DNA from: Phoronis australis
Taxonomy: Eukaryota; Animalia; Phoronida
Assembly: GCA_002633005.1 (NCBI GenBank)
Contig: NMRA01001020.1
Location: 5,222-69,221 of the forward strand
Length of the DNA stretch: 64,000 nt
Reading direction: 5' to 3'
The notes under the pieces were generated by a model. That model ran no database searches, was not told the origin of the DNA, and saw nothing but the letters and a program-made list of their open reading frames with translations. Both the position numbers and the translations under genes were made by a program. Below, one piece after another: positions 26,663 through 37,458 of the stretch (positions are counted from its first letter, which is position 1; the number at the start of each line of letters is the position of its first letter).

Positions 26663-27791
26663 AGGCGAAGCCAACCTTTTTCACTGACTGTGAGAGCAGT
26701 CGAGTCGGTCATTGTTCTACCTCGGTTGTGATAAGTTCGGTCGTCGTTTGGTTTTGCTTACGAGTCAGTCAACATGCCACGCTGTTGCTGCGTACTGGGG
26801 TGTACTCATTATCGTCTCACGTACTAGGAAGAACTGTACGACTTGCCCGAGTGTCCCGCGACACACTCCCACTGGAGGGTGATCTGAGCACCCAAACTGC
26901 TTACATCCCGCCGTGTGACTCCCTCGCCACACACCTGGCACCCTCTAAATAGCTCCAATACAAGTCCACAATAAACTTATCAAACTTAGGCTCACCGATC
27001 TGTTCATTGGATGACGAACTGTCCTCTTCACTGGGTGTCGAACTGGGCCTGTATTCACTCCCACTACTCAACATCGCTGCAGGGCTGCTTACAGGCTCTT
27101 GGCTAGAGACAACAGCACAGGGTGAATCACGTTCATTTCCCGGAATTGCACACAATGGGGTACATTCGGAGGCACGGGTGACAGTACATGAATTGCCTCC
27201 AGTCACTGTATATAGTGGCCACAGCTCGCGAGGTTCTTGCTTCAAAAACGCACTTCCCGGGGTTGGCGACGGGGCACTGCCGGGAATCAACAATGACGTA
27301 CATGTATGGTACCCTTCTTCAGGCGGTGTTTCGCAGGGACCTTCATCAATTCAGCGTACATATCTCTGTCGTAATCTGACGGCAGGAAATGCTTGCCACA
27401 CACTCGGTAACCCTCCACTGCTTCGTATGTTGCGTGGACGGGTAGCGCTGCTTTCTTCACGCACGAGCTAGCCAAGTACGGCGAAGTGTGTCATTCTTCG
27501 GAAAGGTACGCAAGGTACCCAAAGCGCGTGTGAGACGATAATGAGTACATCCCGGCACGCAGCAACAATGTGGCATGTTGACTGACTTGTAAACAAAAGC
27601 AAACGACGACCGAACTTACCACAACTGAGGTAGAACAATGACTGACTCGACTGCTCTCACAGTCAGACTATATTAAAAGAAATTGGCGAGAAATTCTTGC
27701 CTCCCAACACGTCACTTTAGGAGTAAAGGACTAGAATTTAATCAAATTACGAAAAGCTTTATTAAGTGAAAAATTTGTCTAGGATAAGCCT
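26663..27791 (-). mobile_element. Kolobok-derived element: THAP + N-terminal transposase, TTAA-flanked, with a 137-bp inverted duplication of its own 5' region
   Basis: TTAA|AGGC...GCCT|TTAA. ATG at 27576: MPHCCCVPGC...FPKNDTLRRTW / YRVCGKHF, then KFIV / LLELFRGCQVC...WECVAGH (Kolobok N-terminal Cys motif). Inverted arms at 26684-26820 and 27530-27666. Confidence 0.8.
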
Positions 27792-27904
27792 TTAAGTCCA
27801 ACCATGTGCTTTCACTAACAAGAGCGAGACATTACCTTGGAATATGTGTGTGAACAAGTGCAAACTGTGTTATTACGTCATAACCTTTCGTATGATTGCC
27901 GGCT

Positions 27905-28900
27905 CTAATTACTCTGCGCGTGTAAGCGCAGAGTACTGTTGTTCCTGGGTTTTCTTCAATTTTATTCTTATTCTTATTAATCTGCGCTTACACGTGCAGA
28001 TTACTGTTGTTCCTGGGTTTTCTTCAATGTTATTATTCTGCGCGTGTAAGCGCAGAGTACTGTTGTTCCTGGCTTTTCTTCAATTTTATTACTCTGCGCG
28101 TGTAAGCGCAGAGTACTGTTGTTACTGGGTTTTCTTCAATTTTATTCTTATTACTCTGTGCGTGTAAGCGCAGAGTAGTGTTGTTCCTGGGTTTTCTTCA
28201 ATTTTATTCTTCTTATTCTTCTTATTCTTATTCTTCTTCCGACCAAATTTGAGGCTTAATAACTCCAAATTGGGTGCAGGTACGGTGTTTAGATTCAGAT
28301 ATGGCTTTTGACAGTATATAAATTTTGATTGGTTATATAATCATATTCCATATTGCACCAGAAGAGGTCATTTGGTGCAAAGGTCATATAATTTTCAAAA
28401 TCCTACTCCTTCAGTTTTAAAGCTATCTTTTTCAAATTTGGTGCACAGGTACAGTATAAGTCAACATGAAAATTTGAGAAATTACTTTTCTAAGTAATCG
28501 GGTCATCCAATCAGGTGAAATAGGTCAAAGGTCATTTGGTGCAAACTAAAATTTTGAGCTAGACACTTAAAATTGACAGGTCTGATTGCCACAGGTAAAT
28601 CAAATCGGAATCCAAAGTTTCAGGTCATTTAGTGCAAACATGGGGTCATTAGGTGCATTTTCCTTCTGAAAATATGACCTTTTCAATCAGCAAGTATTCT
28701 GATGTGTCAACCGTTAGACAACTGTGATTCTCCGCGTTAAAGGCCTATGGTCCGAGTTATAGAAGAAAAAACCTCTTGACGCCGTTTAAGCCGGTTTTTT
28801 GATGTGACATGGAGTTCAAAAAGTTATTAACTTTCAACTTGTGCAAAAAGTTTGAAAAAAATCGTTGTAAATACTACAAACGAATGAAATGTTTACGAAG
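27905..28900 (+). mobile_element. Helentron/HINE (DINE-1-like) non-autonomous element with a tandemly repeated end
   Basis: About five tandem 55-70-bp units (ttactctgcgcgtgtaagcgcagagtactgttgttcctgggttttc), each with a hairpin, followed by a TTC/TTA microsatellite. Right boundary approximate. Confidence 0.55.
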
Positions 28901-29477
28901 AATTTAGTATCCCGACTGCTAAACAGATTATAAACATTACAACAACGCATGCGCAGCCACAGATCTAGAGGTCAACAGAATTTATACAAATGGCGGGGTC
29001 AGAAGTAGATCTATGAAGTGTACGTCCGAAGGCGAAACGCAGTCGTCCTCCTCTACGAGATTCAGAAAAAGACGTGTTAGCCAGTACAAAAAGCGGCATT
29101 ACTAACAAACTTTGTACCTGTAATCGACTCGTTCGATAGGTGAGAAACAATGAGGACAATGGTTAACTACGGTCCTGAATCGAAGTTAACTGTGCCAGTT
29201 GACTTCACAGTAGACAAGCGGAGCGTCGATGCTGTGGTGTACGGTAGTATGAATGATTAACTTCGGTTACATCGAAGAAGTTATTGTCAGGGGCCACTGC
29301 TATCATCGACAATTACCGGGTAATGTCGTCGCTAAACGCTGCTCATATTTTGCTCGAGTAGTTACTAATCGAATTAGAAATAGGTTTTTGTGTCCATTAG
29401 CACATGTCAATGTTCCCAAATTATCACATTAAAAAATCCTTGTGTACAAGTGTTGCATCAGCACTACTGTGTGGAAT

Positions 29478-29551
29478 CATAGACTATAGTACATGGACCG
29501 CCAACTCCGTTTACTTTCAATGGACGAAATCTGTGGTCTTACGCACAAGCC
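29478..29551 (+). mobile_element. 5' end of a P-type element (family of 31271-34270), cut at a single N (contig join)
   Basis: catagactatagtacatggaccgccaactccg... nearly identical to 31271-31344. Confidence 0.75.
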
Positions 29552-29552
29552 N

Positions 29553-29779
29553 TGCCACTAGGGGGCACACCGGTAGTCGGATCCGTCCGAAAGTTCGCAC
29601 ATGTCGTCCCATTCATGAATGGAACATAAGTGCCAAATTTCATGAACAGATGTCAAAGGGTTTTGGAGATAGAGCAGCGGACGCCGGACGCCAGACGCCG
29701 GACGCCGCAGAACGGACGGACGGACGGACGGAGATGACGGCATAATGCGTCCACATATAAATATGTGGGCGCATAAAAA
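29553..29779. mobile_element. Helentron/HINE end with (GGAC)n microsatellite and terminal hairpin
   Basis: ggacgccggacgcc...(ggac)n, then the hairpin atgcgtccacata-taaa-tatgtgggcgcat and an A run. Degenerate relative at ~38820-39250. Confidence 0.6.
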
Positions 29780-30420
29780 TACACACTTGGTTTATGACCT
29801 GGGAGCACCAACAAAAGATTGCAAGAATGCTTCAACAATAAACTGATCCTGATCTTGGAAACTCCTTCGGTCTAGAGTTGAAACTGTACAGTTCACATTA
29901 TTTGACTATACCAAGAAACCATTCATGTTAAAAAACAATGGAAAGCACATGGGACACATCTATCTGAATTTGAACGGACAAAATTTCATTCAAACGAAAA
30001 GTACCATGCAAACCCATGAAATATGAAATCGCTTTGGTAAAATGTAACAACTTGTTATATTTTAGGAGAGGCCTAGCAGAGCAAAATGTAACAACTTGTT
30101 ATATTTTAATCAGCACATAATTGAGTGGAAACAAATTAAGCACTGTACAACAGGTAACCCTGTGTACAGTATGACAATTGAGGTACCTTTTCCCAAAGTT
30201 AAACATTCTACCATACCCCGAGCTACCATATCAAGAAATTAAAATGATCTCAGATATTCTGAAAGCGAGCTAAATGAGCATTGAGCTTGTGCAAAACATA
30301 TTGTGTTGGTTGAACAAGTTGACCATGAAATACCTGTAATGGATCACAAATCTTCACTTTTGTTCATTTAATTCATTTCAACCTTGACACTTTTCTGCTG
30401 ACAAATATGCAACAACTCAC

Positions 30421-30642
30421 CGGAAATCACAACACCATGAACTTGTACTTCACACAGCGTGAGGATCCCATCTTCATCGAAAATCTGTATATACAAATAG
30501 CGCCCAAACACTGGATGACTACAGTTTATACGTAGTGTGTCTCCTGTACTAGCACGTCCTGGGTAGCGACTACACTGTTGGGATGGGGCAGGTAGACTTG
30601 AGCTGTTGGTTACATTGACAAAAAAGTTATGGAGCCGCTCAC
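30421..30642 (-). CDS. F-type lectin gene, exon encoding the C-terminal half of domain 2
   Basis: AG/GT bounded, phase 1-1, open: (G)ERLHNFFVNVTNSSSLPAPSQQCSRYPGRASTGDTLRINCSHPVFGRYLYIQIFDEDGILTLCEVQVHGVVIS. GRY and LTLCEVQV are FTLD hallmarks. Ends in a donor (G|GTGAGT), so the gene continues. Confidence 0.88.
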
Positions 30643-31420
30643 CTATTGAAATAAGAACAGACAGACATCAAGTGTGAACAGCAAGTCAGTGAAAACACAG
30701 CAGATCGGTCTAGAGGCCATGAAAAGTGCATATACCAGTGACATCTTTTGGTCAAATACGTCAGTAGTGAAAGGGTCTACCCCCAAATTAAGCTCATTTT
30801 GGTGTTTTGTTTATTTTTAGATAAATGTAATTCGCGGAGGCTATCTATAAGACCAACCACAAAAATGAGAATGGGAAACATAAATTATAAGTTTCCAACA
30901 CTTCGCCGAGGAGCATTACACAAAAACTGAAAAAATCTTCACACATCATGCAATCAATGGCAAACGCCCACAAAAAAACATTTTTTTCAAAAAAATAGGT
31001 TTCATTGGTATGGAAAACCTTCACGGCAAAAACCTCGTACCGATCATATAATCCAAGTTGTGTTTTAGTAACCTTATTTATTACTAAGACCTAAGTAACA
31101 GTGTATTCATAATACCCAATTTGTACCAATCACTAATTGTTAGCTTTTGCACCCTCAACTAAACCTCCCACCTTCGATCTCATTATAACATTGAGTCTTC
31201 AATTAAAGCAATATGCAGAATCACAAGAACAGCAAAGATTTCAGTGTAAACAATGCAAACAGACTTGTATCATAGACTATAGTACATGGACCGCCAACTC
31301 CGTTTACTTTCAATGGACGAAATCTGTGAGCTTGCGCACAAGCCTTTACGTCATTATTCACTGGCGACACCTGGCTCAATTATCTGGTGTAATTTCCGGC
31401 AAGTACGTCGTCTGCTAATC

Positions 31421-31615
31421 ATGGTCGGTTGCTGTGTGGCCGGTTGTTCGGCTACGCAGGCGAAGTGCAGAGGCGTTAGCTTCCATAGTGTACGAAGACC
31501 ACAAAATCCGCTTTGGGAGAAAAAGTTAAGTTCTTGCGTCGACGTGAATGGAAGTTTTTCTTCCAAAAAAAAACTCATACATTTGTTCACGACACTTCGA
31601 AGATGGGTGTTTTTT
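31421..31615 (+). pseudogene. THAP domain of the P-element transposase, frameshifted in an A run
   Basis: MVGCCVAGCSATQAKCRGVSFHSVRRPQNPLWEKK... then, in another frame, NSYICSRHFEDGCF (C2CH THAP signature). Confidence 0.8.
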
Positions 31616-32391
31616 AAGAGGCTCTGGTAGGCCTACTACTTAATCCTGTCTTCACAAATCCATTTTTCTTTTCTCCGTTTTGATGAAAACTATCTGGTAA
31701 ACTTTTTGACGAAAAATGTCCGCTAAATTTCTTCCAATGGTAGTGACTGGTGAACTCTTGTCCTTACGAGGACCTTCAGCCATAGTCTAGTGAGCGAATT
31801 AACCAAATTACTCTTAGGTGGCCCTGATCAGACGGTTGGTCTCAGCATAATGCGCAGATTTGGCCAGGATTTGGATCAGCGATTTCAACAAATTCACATT
31901 CGTGTACAAATAAATAGGACGCTAGTAAAACCTTTAACATAAATAAAGATTACATTAATACTTCAGAAATAAATACCTGGACCTGTCAAAATCTATCCCG
32001 CAATTCAACAGCAGGTTACATACTCAATTATTTATGTCGACTGTATGCCGCACAAAACTTGAACCATCTTAGCCAAGTACGCTGCAGTCTATGAAAATAC
32101 CAGAATAACGAAAAACCTCGGAAGCAAGGGAAATGAACCCTAAGAGGTAGCAAGCAAGATAAAGGGGGTGGTAGGGACGTGAAGCTGACGTGTGCTAATT
32201 TTCAATTTCATACTTTTATGTGGCATTTTCATAATTTTGATTTGAGATGTCAACTCAGATCAAACGGTTTGAAAGTTCGGATTTTTAATTTGTAATGAAC
32301 TTGAGTTGCACTGCACGTGACCTTTTATGAATTTACCGTAGTTGGCTACAGACAGGCCCACCTTTATAAAAACTAGCAACGTAGACAAACG

Positions 32392-32548
32392 CATGCGCGC
32401 ACCCAGGGGAAAAGTCCAAGAGAAAGAGACGAAAGTCCACAATACGGCAGCACCCCGTTTTTTATTTTAGTTCTCACGCTTTTTGTTAGCAAAAGGTCCA
32501 CTTTGCCAGAGATTCGAGCCCCCGTATTAGAGGCTGGGTGCGCGCATG
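32392..32548. mobile_element. MITE with CATGCGCGCACCCAG TIR, 5-bp TSD AAACG
   Basis: Perfect 15-bp TIR. TSD at 32387-32391 and 32549-32553. Confidence 0.85.
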
Positions 32549-32827
32549 AAACGTCTACACAAATTGCACCCAATGCAGCTCCTGGTTTAAACGCGGGCTT
32601 CTTTTTCAAAGTTTGGTCAGGTATAAATAACGCCACAAACATGGAGGTTCACTGAAACACGTCTACCTTACAGATGTGACAATCCCTAGCCACGGAAAAC
32701 TTGAGAGGCCGACAAAAATACTAATGATGAAATACCGGTGATGATAATCATCCACTTTGTTAATTTACTTCACCTACACAATTGGAAATAGCCGCTAAAA
32801 TGAAACTCATTCGAGTAAGCACCACGT

Positions 32828-32967
32828 CATGCGCGCACTCAGAGGGGGGGTTCGAGCCCCCCCCATTTCGCGAAGTGGGGAAAAAGGTCTGCCCGCTCTC
32901 TTGTTAACAACAGGTCCATAACGTCAGGAATTCGAGCGCCCCATTTTGAAGACTGGGTGCGCGCATG
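32828..32967. mobile_element. MITE, same TIR family, 5-bp TSD CACGT
   Basis: catgcgcgcactcag / ctgggtgcgcgcatg. TSD at 32823-32827 and 32968-32972. Confidence 0.85.
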
Positions 32968-33138
32968 CACGTGAGTCCCTGGACAGCCCCAATATGGTAG
33001 AACCCAAGGAGCTCAAGTCGGGGTTAAATCAGGATGGGCATAAATAAGGAAATTTACTGTATCAACAGATTAGACAAATAAGAATAAGATACAAAGCATT
33101 GATACAGTGTACACGCGCACAATAACTGGGTCTATCAT

Positions 33139-33177
33139 TTTCCCGCCGCAAGCGATTGAACCAATCGGATCACCAAT
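33139..33177 (+). promoter_or_regulatory. Candidate E2F site (TTTCCCGC) plus two CCAAT boxes upstream of the zinc-finger ORF
   Basis: TTTCCCGC at 33139-33146, CCAAT at 33161-33165 and 33173-33177. Short motifs; function inferred. Confidence 0.3.
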
Positions 33178-33463
33178 GGCGCAAACCTTTCGAAAACAAG
33201 CCTGATTTTTAGGGAGTCTGTTACTGCTCTTTATATTTTCAAAACTTTAATTTGTTATAGTTAATTTATTTGCTGTGCACCTCAATGAGACCAGTTCATA
33301 TATATGCATTTAACACGATTAATACATTGTAAAACCATAGATTATGCACTATCAACATGAGACAAAAACAGTACACCCCTTTATTAAAAAATGGGTTAAA
33401 GGTTAGAAACAAAGGACGAGAGCGTAGACAAGTTTCCATCACTTGCAACGTCGATTTTTTACG

Positions 33464-33780
33464 ATGGACGTTGGAGAAGAACATCAGTCTGGTGACAGCA
33501 ACACGGAATCGCACGAAGGCGATGATTTTCGAAATTTGATTCGTTGTGTTGTTTGTCATTTTTTCCTACAGTTCAGGATTATTTGTGGATACAGGAACAA
33601 GAACTGAACGATGCAGGGTTCGTGACAACGTTGGTGAACGGTAATATCTATCTAAGGTGTTACAACTGTCATCGATATTGTCATCTCCTCTGTTTTCATC
33701 CAACCTTCCCAGATGAAAACTTGAATGAAGAGGACCTTCAGTACTTGAGTGAGCATGGTATACTGTGTGATTTATGTTGA
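33464..33780 (+). pseudogene. Intronless ~105-aa C4-H-C3 (PHD-like or RINGv-like) zinc-finger ORF with one frameshift in a T run
   Basis: MDVGEEHQSGDSNTESHEGDDFRNLIRCVVCHF / FPTVQDYLWIQEQELNDAGFVTTLVNGNIYLRCYNCHRYCHLLCFHPTFPDENLNEEDLQYLSEHGILCDLC*. Pattern C-x2-C-x34-C-x2-C-x4-H-x2-C-x24-C-x2-C. Adding one T at ~33560-33564 joins the two frames. Confidence 0.65.
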
Positions 33781-33790
33781 ATTATTCAAC

Positions 33791-33806
33791 GGTTCTTTTA
33801 AGAACC
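33791..33806 (+). terminator. Histone-mRNA-type 3' stem-loop 1 (GGTTCT-TTTA-AGAACC)
   Basis: 6-bp stem starting GG, UUUA loop, CAAC 5' flank, A 3' flank; fits the metazoan histone stem-loop consensus. Lies 10 nt after the TGA at 33780. Confidence 0.75.
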
Positions 33807-33831
33807 ATTTCACGCTATACCTACAACCAAC

Positions 33832-33847
33832 GGCCCTTTTAAGGGCC
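33832..33847 (+). terminator. Histone-mRNA-type 3' stem-loop 2 (GGCCCT-TTTA-AGGGCC) with a purine-rich downstream element
   Basis: CCAAC-GGCCCTTTTAAGGGCC-ACTCA; CAGAAGAA at ~33861-33868 could be a U7-binding histone downstream element. Confidence 0.8.
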
Positions 33848-34341
33848 ACTCAACACTTCCCAGAAGAACTGCTCACTTGAGAATGTTGATTTATCAACAC
33901 GCTTTCGTAGTTTTCTCAGTAGGCCTATGTGAACCGTAAATCAAAAACTGTCCGATAACTATGCTGCTATTGGGCAAGCAGACGACATAAAGGGTCGGAA
34001 CCGAAGTTTGAATTTTGAAATTAATTACCAGTAGCATTGCCAAAAGTACTCACAATACCAACACTTCTACTATTGAAAGATTTTGAAGAGCGTTTCAATA
34101 CCGAAATTAATATAAATTAATGTTTTTTTCGCTGTTTTGGACAGTAAAGTAGATGCAGGTATTTCTCGTCAAATTAAAACTGACCGGAAACTGCAGCAGA
34201 TAGGTCAGGAGAGGTCAACTCAGCTTGTAAGAATATGCTGGAGTTGCGAATCTGTTGTCTATAATCTATGCTTGTATGTAGTTGGAGGCCTTAGAGACAT
34301 CATCCAGAAAAAATCTCAACCAATCAGCGTAAAGTGGTTCA

Positions 34342-36092
34342 TATGACATCATCGTGGCCATGAAATTACTGGGAAGCCACACTGCGTAACAGCTGAGTGC
34401 TATTTCTTGGACGTTCTGTACTTGTCAATCTCTGGGCTAAAATGCCTCTTTGCATGGTGTGCGGTTGTAGCAATGTCAGCGACAATGTGATACATTTGCA
34501 CAACTTCCCCACCGATCATGTCGTGTGCCGTGCGTGGAATAGATTTGTATCAACGACAAGGACTGGCGACAAACTTTCCTGATCGGCAAGATCTGTTTTA
34601 GGCTTGGTGCAAAGCCGTAGCCCTATACAAAATCTACAGCTTCGCGTAGATGTGGGTAAAAATGACTAAATAAAATCTGACTCAGAAATAGTCTCATTAA
34701 AAGCTGCACCATTCTTTGAGTGAGTAAACCAAATTATTTACCGGTGTTGGAAGAATTATCGTTCTACCGCTCATCTACTGCTAAAATTGAAGTGCGTTAT
34801 TGTGTGTCGGCGTTTTGCCATTACGTCACCTGACCTGAACAGTTTCTTTCCCTCCCGGTTCATTCTATCAACTCTTCTTTGCTGGCTCGAGGTTGTGTAC
34901 TGTCACAGCAAATTGTCCGAATTTAGAACAATCTTTACTGCTGCTGCGAAGCTGTCATCATGTCCCAAAAGAAGTCGCAAAATTTTAATACGGTACGTGC
35001 GCTTGTCACGAGTGTACTGTTTTCAAAATGATTTTCTTTGTTACACAACTCAAAAGGTGCAGAGTAATGCTAGAAAATGACGTTTATTAGATTGTTCTTC
35101 CCGTAAACGACTGGCAACGAGCAAGGTGAGTGTCCGAATTGTCTCCCAGATTTTGCATGCACCCCAGAGGTCGGTCGTTGGCTCTGCGATATAATTTTCA
35201 TAACGAGGTGACTAACACAACTCGTACCCGGCCTGTATGATATTTCGTGGTTTAACAGAGCTCAATTCACAGTGTTACCTTGATGTATATTGGCGATAGT
35301 CTTCAAACAGCTAGCTGGCTGGCTACAAAAAATCTGAAGTGTGATCACAAATTCTTATAATTGGGTATGTTTTCATGCAATCCAGACTTTATTGGGTAGT
35401 TTTAATTTATTGCATACACTCACAATGTTGTGTTGCTATTAAATTTTCATTTTTTTTTAGGTTGACCGAGTGGCGGTGATTAGGCTATGGGTTGCAGCAT
35501 TTCAAGGCGACTTAATTTGAAAATTGAGTTTCTAATATAAAGTTTTCAATGAATTTGATTATAATTGCTTTGTACGAAAAGATCAAGCTGATATGTGTTG
35601 TAATGTTTCCAAGTATTTTGCACCAAATTAAACGGCCTATTGTTGCCTATACCAATACGGGACACACAATCGACAGCCGCCTGTATTGGAATCGTGCAGC
35701 ATTCACACCTTCGGCTTCAAAGAAGTCAATGCAAAGCTCCTAACATCAAAGTATTTCTATCAAGCAAATTACTCTTTATAATTAACATTGTGAAATTGCT
35801 GATAACAATACAGATGAAGCGATTTGTTTTTAACGGCCGTTTCGACAGCCCCAGTCACACTCCTGGGGATTCCCATATAGGCCCGTATTAGAATATGATG
35901 CTAAATAAATGAATAAAAATTCTAAAGGTAATGATTTTGATCAATTTTAATATTAACTACCATGAAATGAAAAATTAATGTGTTGCCTTGATTTTCCACG
36001 TATTTTGCACTAAATTAAATGGCCAGTCATCGCTGATTCCAGTACTATGGAGACACAATGAAAGCCAAATTCGTGGTAATGATGATGTCATA
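34342..36092 (+). mobile_element. Non-autonomous THAP-carrying DNA transposon remnant (boundaries approximate)
   Basis: Inverted repeat tatgacatcatc / gatgatgtcata. THAP start at 34442: MPLCMVCGCSN...LHNFPTDHVVCRAWNRFV. Not present in duplication unit B. Confidence 0.6.
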
Positions 36093-37254
36093 GACTTCGA
36101 TTGGCGCGAGCGCCGTCTCAACTTTTTTTTTTGGCGCTAAATGGGGTTCGTGATGGTGTTATCGTATTGTCGAAGGCCTACTTAATTAACGACTGGGGTA
36201 TGCTATCACACAGTATTTTGATGTTTTTTATCAATAAATGTATTTTAGATGTAAAAATAGTCATTTTGGCACCATACTTGGCCTTTAAAGAATCCGTGAA
36301 TGATGTGTTGACAAGATTACAAAAGACTGATCCTTGGGTGTCTACCCATTGTTTAGTCAAAGAACAACACCTAGCGGTATAAAATCACAAAGAAGACTTG
36401 GCAAGGTCCTAGAGTCATTTCAAATAACTGCGATCATACATATGTTAATTGTTAATGTAAAATAAAACCAATCCTCGACCCTGCTTTAGATTCTTGGCAG
36501 ATCATGCTTCATGCATAAAACTGACAGCTAAGACAAGGCAACTGGTAGAAGTATGGCATTCTCTCGTTGAGTCCAACTTGTTTTGTAGTATAGTACAACA
36601 AGTTGGGCATTTATGGTGGGAGGGCCAGCTCTTTTTTGTTCGATAATTGCACTAATCTCGCATAAGATCCTATCTAGCATGACTGGGCTGTGCTGCTGAA
36701 AATAAAAGTCGAGTAATAAATGTTTGAACATAAACCAATAGTATTTCTGATTTTCCTCATCAAATGCTGATCATGTTTAGATTTTGAATGACCAAAATCA
36801 CAACAAAATACAACTGAAGTTAAGACAATCTATTCTGTCCAAACGTACCAACGCACTGGGTTTGACTGTGTTCACATGTGGTTGGTAATAAGCTTGGTAG
36901 ATAATTGGCCTGCATGTTGTCATACCAGACAAAAGACTGTGCTCGGCAGTAAACCAAGGAGCTAGATAATATCAGTACCTCTCTATATCTGGTAAAAGTC
37001 ACTGAACAGGATAACACCTAATGGTACACACTTGTTGAGCCTGGTCTGAACCAATGACCTGACTGGTCAAGTCCAGGTATCAGCTCTAATTTGAGTAAGG
37101 AACACCACGGGACCAATTTCATGACCCACACCATTAAACTAAATCACAACATATTTTTTTGTGAATACACATTTATAGCATTAGTCCGTATACAAAAATT
37201 AGTTTTAGTGAATTGTGACTTCATCAAAACATTTCAAATGAAGGTGCAATTTAC

Positions 37255-37458
37255 CACAACAGTCTTTTCGGTTCAGTATAGTGACATCAGAAATAGAGTA
37301 CACAGCTAACAGGTCCACTCTCCACCAGGGGTCCTTCTCTTCAACTGTGTGAGTACAGTAGGTGTAGTGTTGACTCAGGTCCCCATCCACAGCTTTTGAA
37401 GAAGTGTAAGAACCCATTGTGCTGGACTGTTGAGTTGGTTTGTTAGCAGCGATATTCC
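37255..37458 (-). CDS. F-type lectin gene, exon encoding the N-terminal half of domain 2
   Basis: AG/GT bounded, 204 bp, phase 1-1: NIAANKPTQQSSTMGSYTSSKAVDGDLSQHYTYCTHTVEEKDPWWRVDLLAVYSISDVTILNRKDCC. With the next exon it gives the exact fucose-binding motif H-x26-R-x-D-x4-R and the Ca-binding VDG motif. Confidence 0.92.

Larger units (their letters stand above)
31271..34270 (+). mobile_element. 3,000-bp non-autonomous P-superfamily DNA transposon (CATAG termini, 7-bp TSD CTTGTAT) with THAP remnant and cargo
   Basis: TIR catagactatag / ctataatctatg (1 mismatch). TSD at 31264-31270 and 34271-34277. The empty paralogous site at ~43291 has a single cttgtat. Confidence 0.9.

Noticed and set aside
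27905-28240. Palindromic repeats resembling a CRISPR array
   Set aside because: The intervening sequence is also repeated; this fits a tandemly amplified HINE end.
33544-33780. Reading the ORF as a spliced last exon (ttttcctacag acceptor at ~33571)
   Set aside because: Possible, but the upstream frame supplies an ATG and the missing first CxxC pair right at the T run, so a 1-nt frameshift is more economical. Not fully excluded.
33300-33790. Histone gene upstream of the stem-loops
   Set aside because: No frame gives a basic histone-fold or histone C-terminal sequence; the ORF is acidic and Cys-rich.
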